In this document: positions 15,671 to 16,277 of the stretch, in pieces
How positions within the stretch are numbered: position 1 is the stretch's first letter
How the letters are laid out: the number at the start of each line of letters is the position of its first letter
Notes under the pieces: model-generated
The model's database searches: none
What the model saw: only the letters and a program-made list of their open reading frames with translations
Told to the model about the DNA's origin: nothing
NCBI GenBank assembly: GCA_031409275.1
Contig: JANNXA010000032.1
Span: 1-16,277, forward strand
Reading direction: 5' to 3'
Origin: Planctomycetota bacterium
Lineage (GTDB): Bacteria > Planctomycetota > B15-G4 > SIAN01
DNA length: 16,277 bases
Made by a program: the position numbers and the translations under genes

Positions 15671-15990
15671 GGGGGAGCGCGCGAGGTCGCGCGGATTGCG
15701 CTCGGCGCGAACGCAGGCGCCAATTGCACTAGGACCGCGGAACGCGCGGGGCAAAGCGGCAGCCTGCATCGCTTGAGACGTTCACGACGTCGGAAGAGGC
15801 TTTCGGGCGAACGTGACGATCGGCCGGACAACGCCTTGACGCCCTGCAACACCGCGCTACTCATGAGCCTCGCCGGATCGACCCGCAGCGCTACCGACGG
15901 TCGGAACGCAGCGGGATGCTCAACCTTGCGAAGCAGCGGATCGAGGGAGCAGGCTCTCATCAGGGGTAGACGCGGCGGATCGCGCCGCGA

Positions 15991-15996
15991 AGGAGG
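15991..15996 (+). promoter_or_regulatory. Shine-Dalgarno sequence AGGAGG
   Basis: Perfect AGGAGG 7 nt upstream of ATG 16004. Confidence 0.7.
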
Positions 15997-16003
15997 GCGA
16001 GCG

Positions 16004-16277
16004 ATGAGGACGAATCAGGCAGTGGCCGACGTGTTGTCGAGCGCTGCCCTAGTCGGCGGAATCGTCGAGCCGCAGCAAAAGAGTGCGGGGGGGGCGCACT
16101 TCGACACGAAGCTGATTCGCGGGCGAGGCCGGGCGCCTGGTGGCCGCTGCTCGTCGCGTTGCTGCTGAGCGTCGCGTCGACTCATTCGATTCGCGGGCAA
16201 ACCAGCATCACTTCGTACTACGTCAATGACGGTCGCAGCGGGGCCTACGACTTCACGGCAGGCGAGATCGCAGTCGA
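16004..16277 (+). pseudogene. 5' end of a probable secreted-protein gene, frameshifted at a G8 tract (16087-16094) and truncated by the window edge
   Basis: The frame from ATG 16004 stops at 16168. The -1 frame after the G8 tract reads ..RARPGAWWPLLVALLLSVASTHSIRG/QTSITSYYVNDGRSGAYDFTAGEIAV.., open to the window edge. That frame has no ATG/GTG/TTG between its stop at 15967 and TTG 16159, which lies inside the hydrophobic core. Confidence 0.55.

Noticed and set aside
1..16277. Window begins with GTCGAC and ends with GTCGA (possible target-site duplication or element ends)
   Set aside because: GTCGAC is very frequent throughout this sequence, and no integrase, transposase or terminal repeats are present.

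Overview
High-GC (roughly 70% by eye) bacterial DNA. The gene families present (TIGR02999/ECF43-type sigma factor coupled to a Ser/Thr kinase, secreted HEAT-vWA protein) suggest a Planctomycetota-like organism; this is inference. There are three blocks. (1) 262-5397: two convergent, probably exported HEAT-repeat proteins, the first a mosaic of Cys-rich, zincin-like, HEAT and vWA domains. (2) 5554-10533: housekeeping genes (MmcQ/YjbR protein, aspartokinase lysC, alpha/beta hydrolase with a long unknown C-terminal extension, and convergent prolidase pepQ). (3) 10778-16277: a tightly coupled signalling module made of an ECF43-type sigma, a membrane Ser/Thr kinase fused to a non-canonical FGE-sulfatase domain, an orphan protein with a histone H1-like Lys-rich tail, and an orphan helical protein. 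It is followed by a probable secreted-protein gene whose reading frame is broken at a G8 tract (possible phase variation or sequencing error). I saw no RNA genes, CRISPR arrays or mobile elements. The many other long ORFs in the track are shadow frames caused by GC3 bias.
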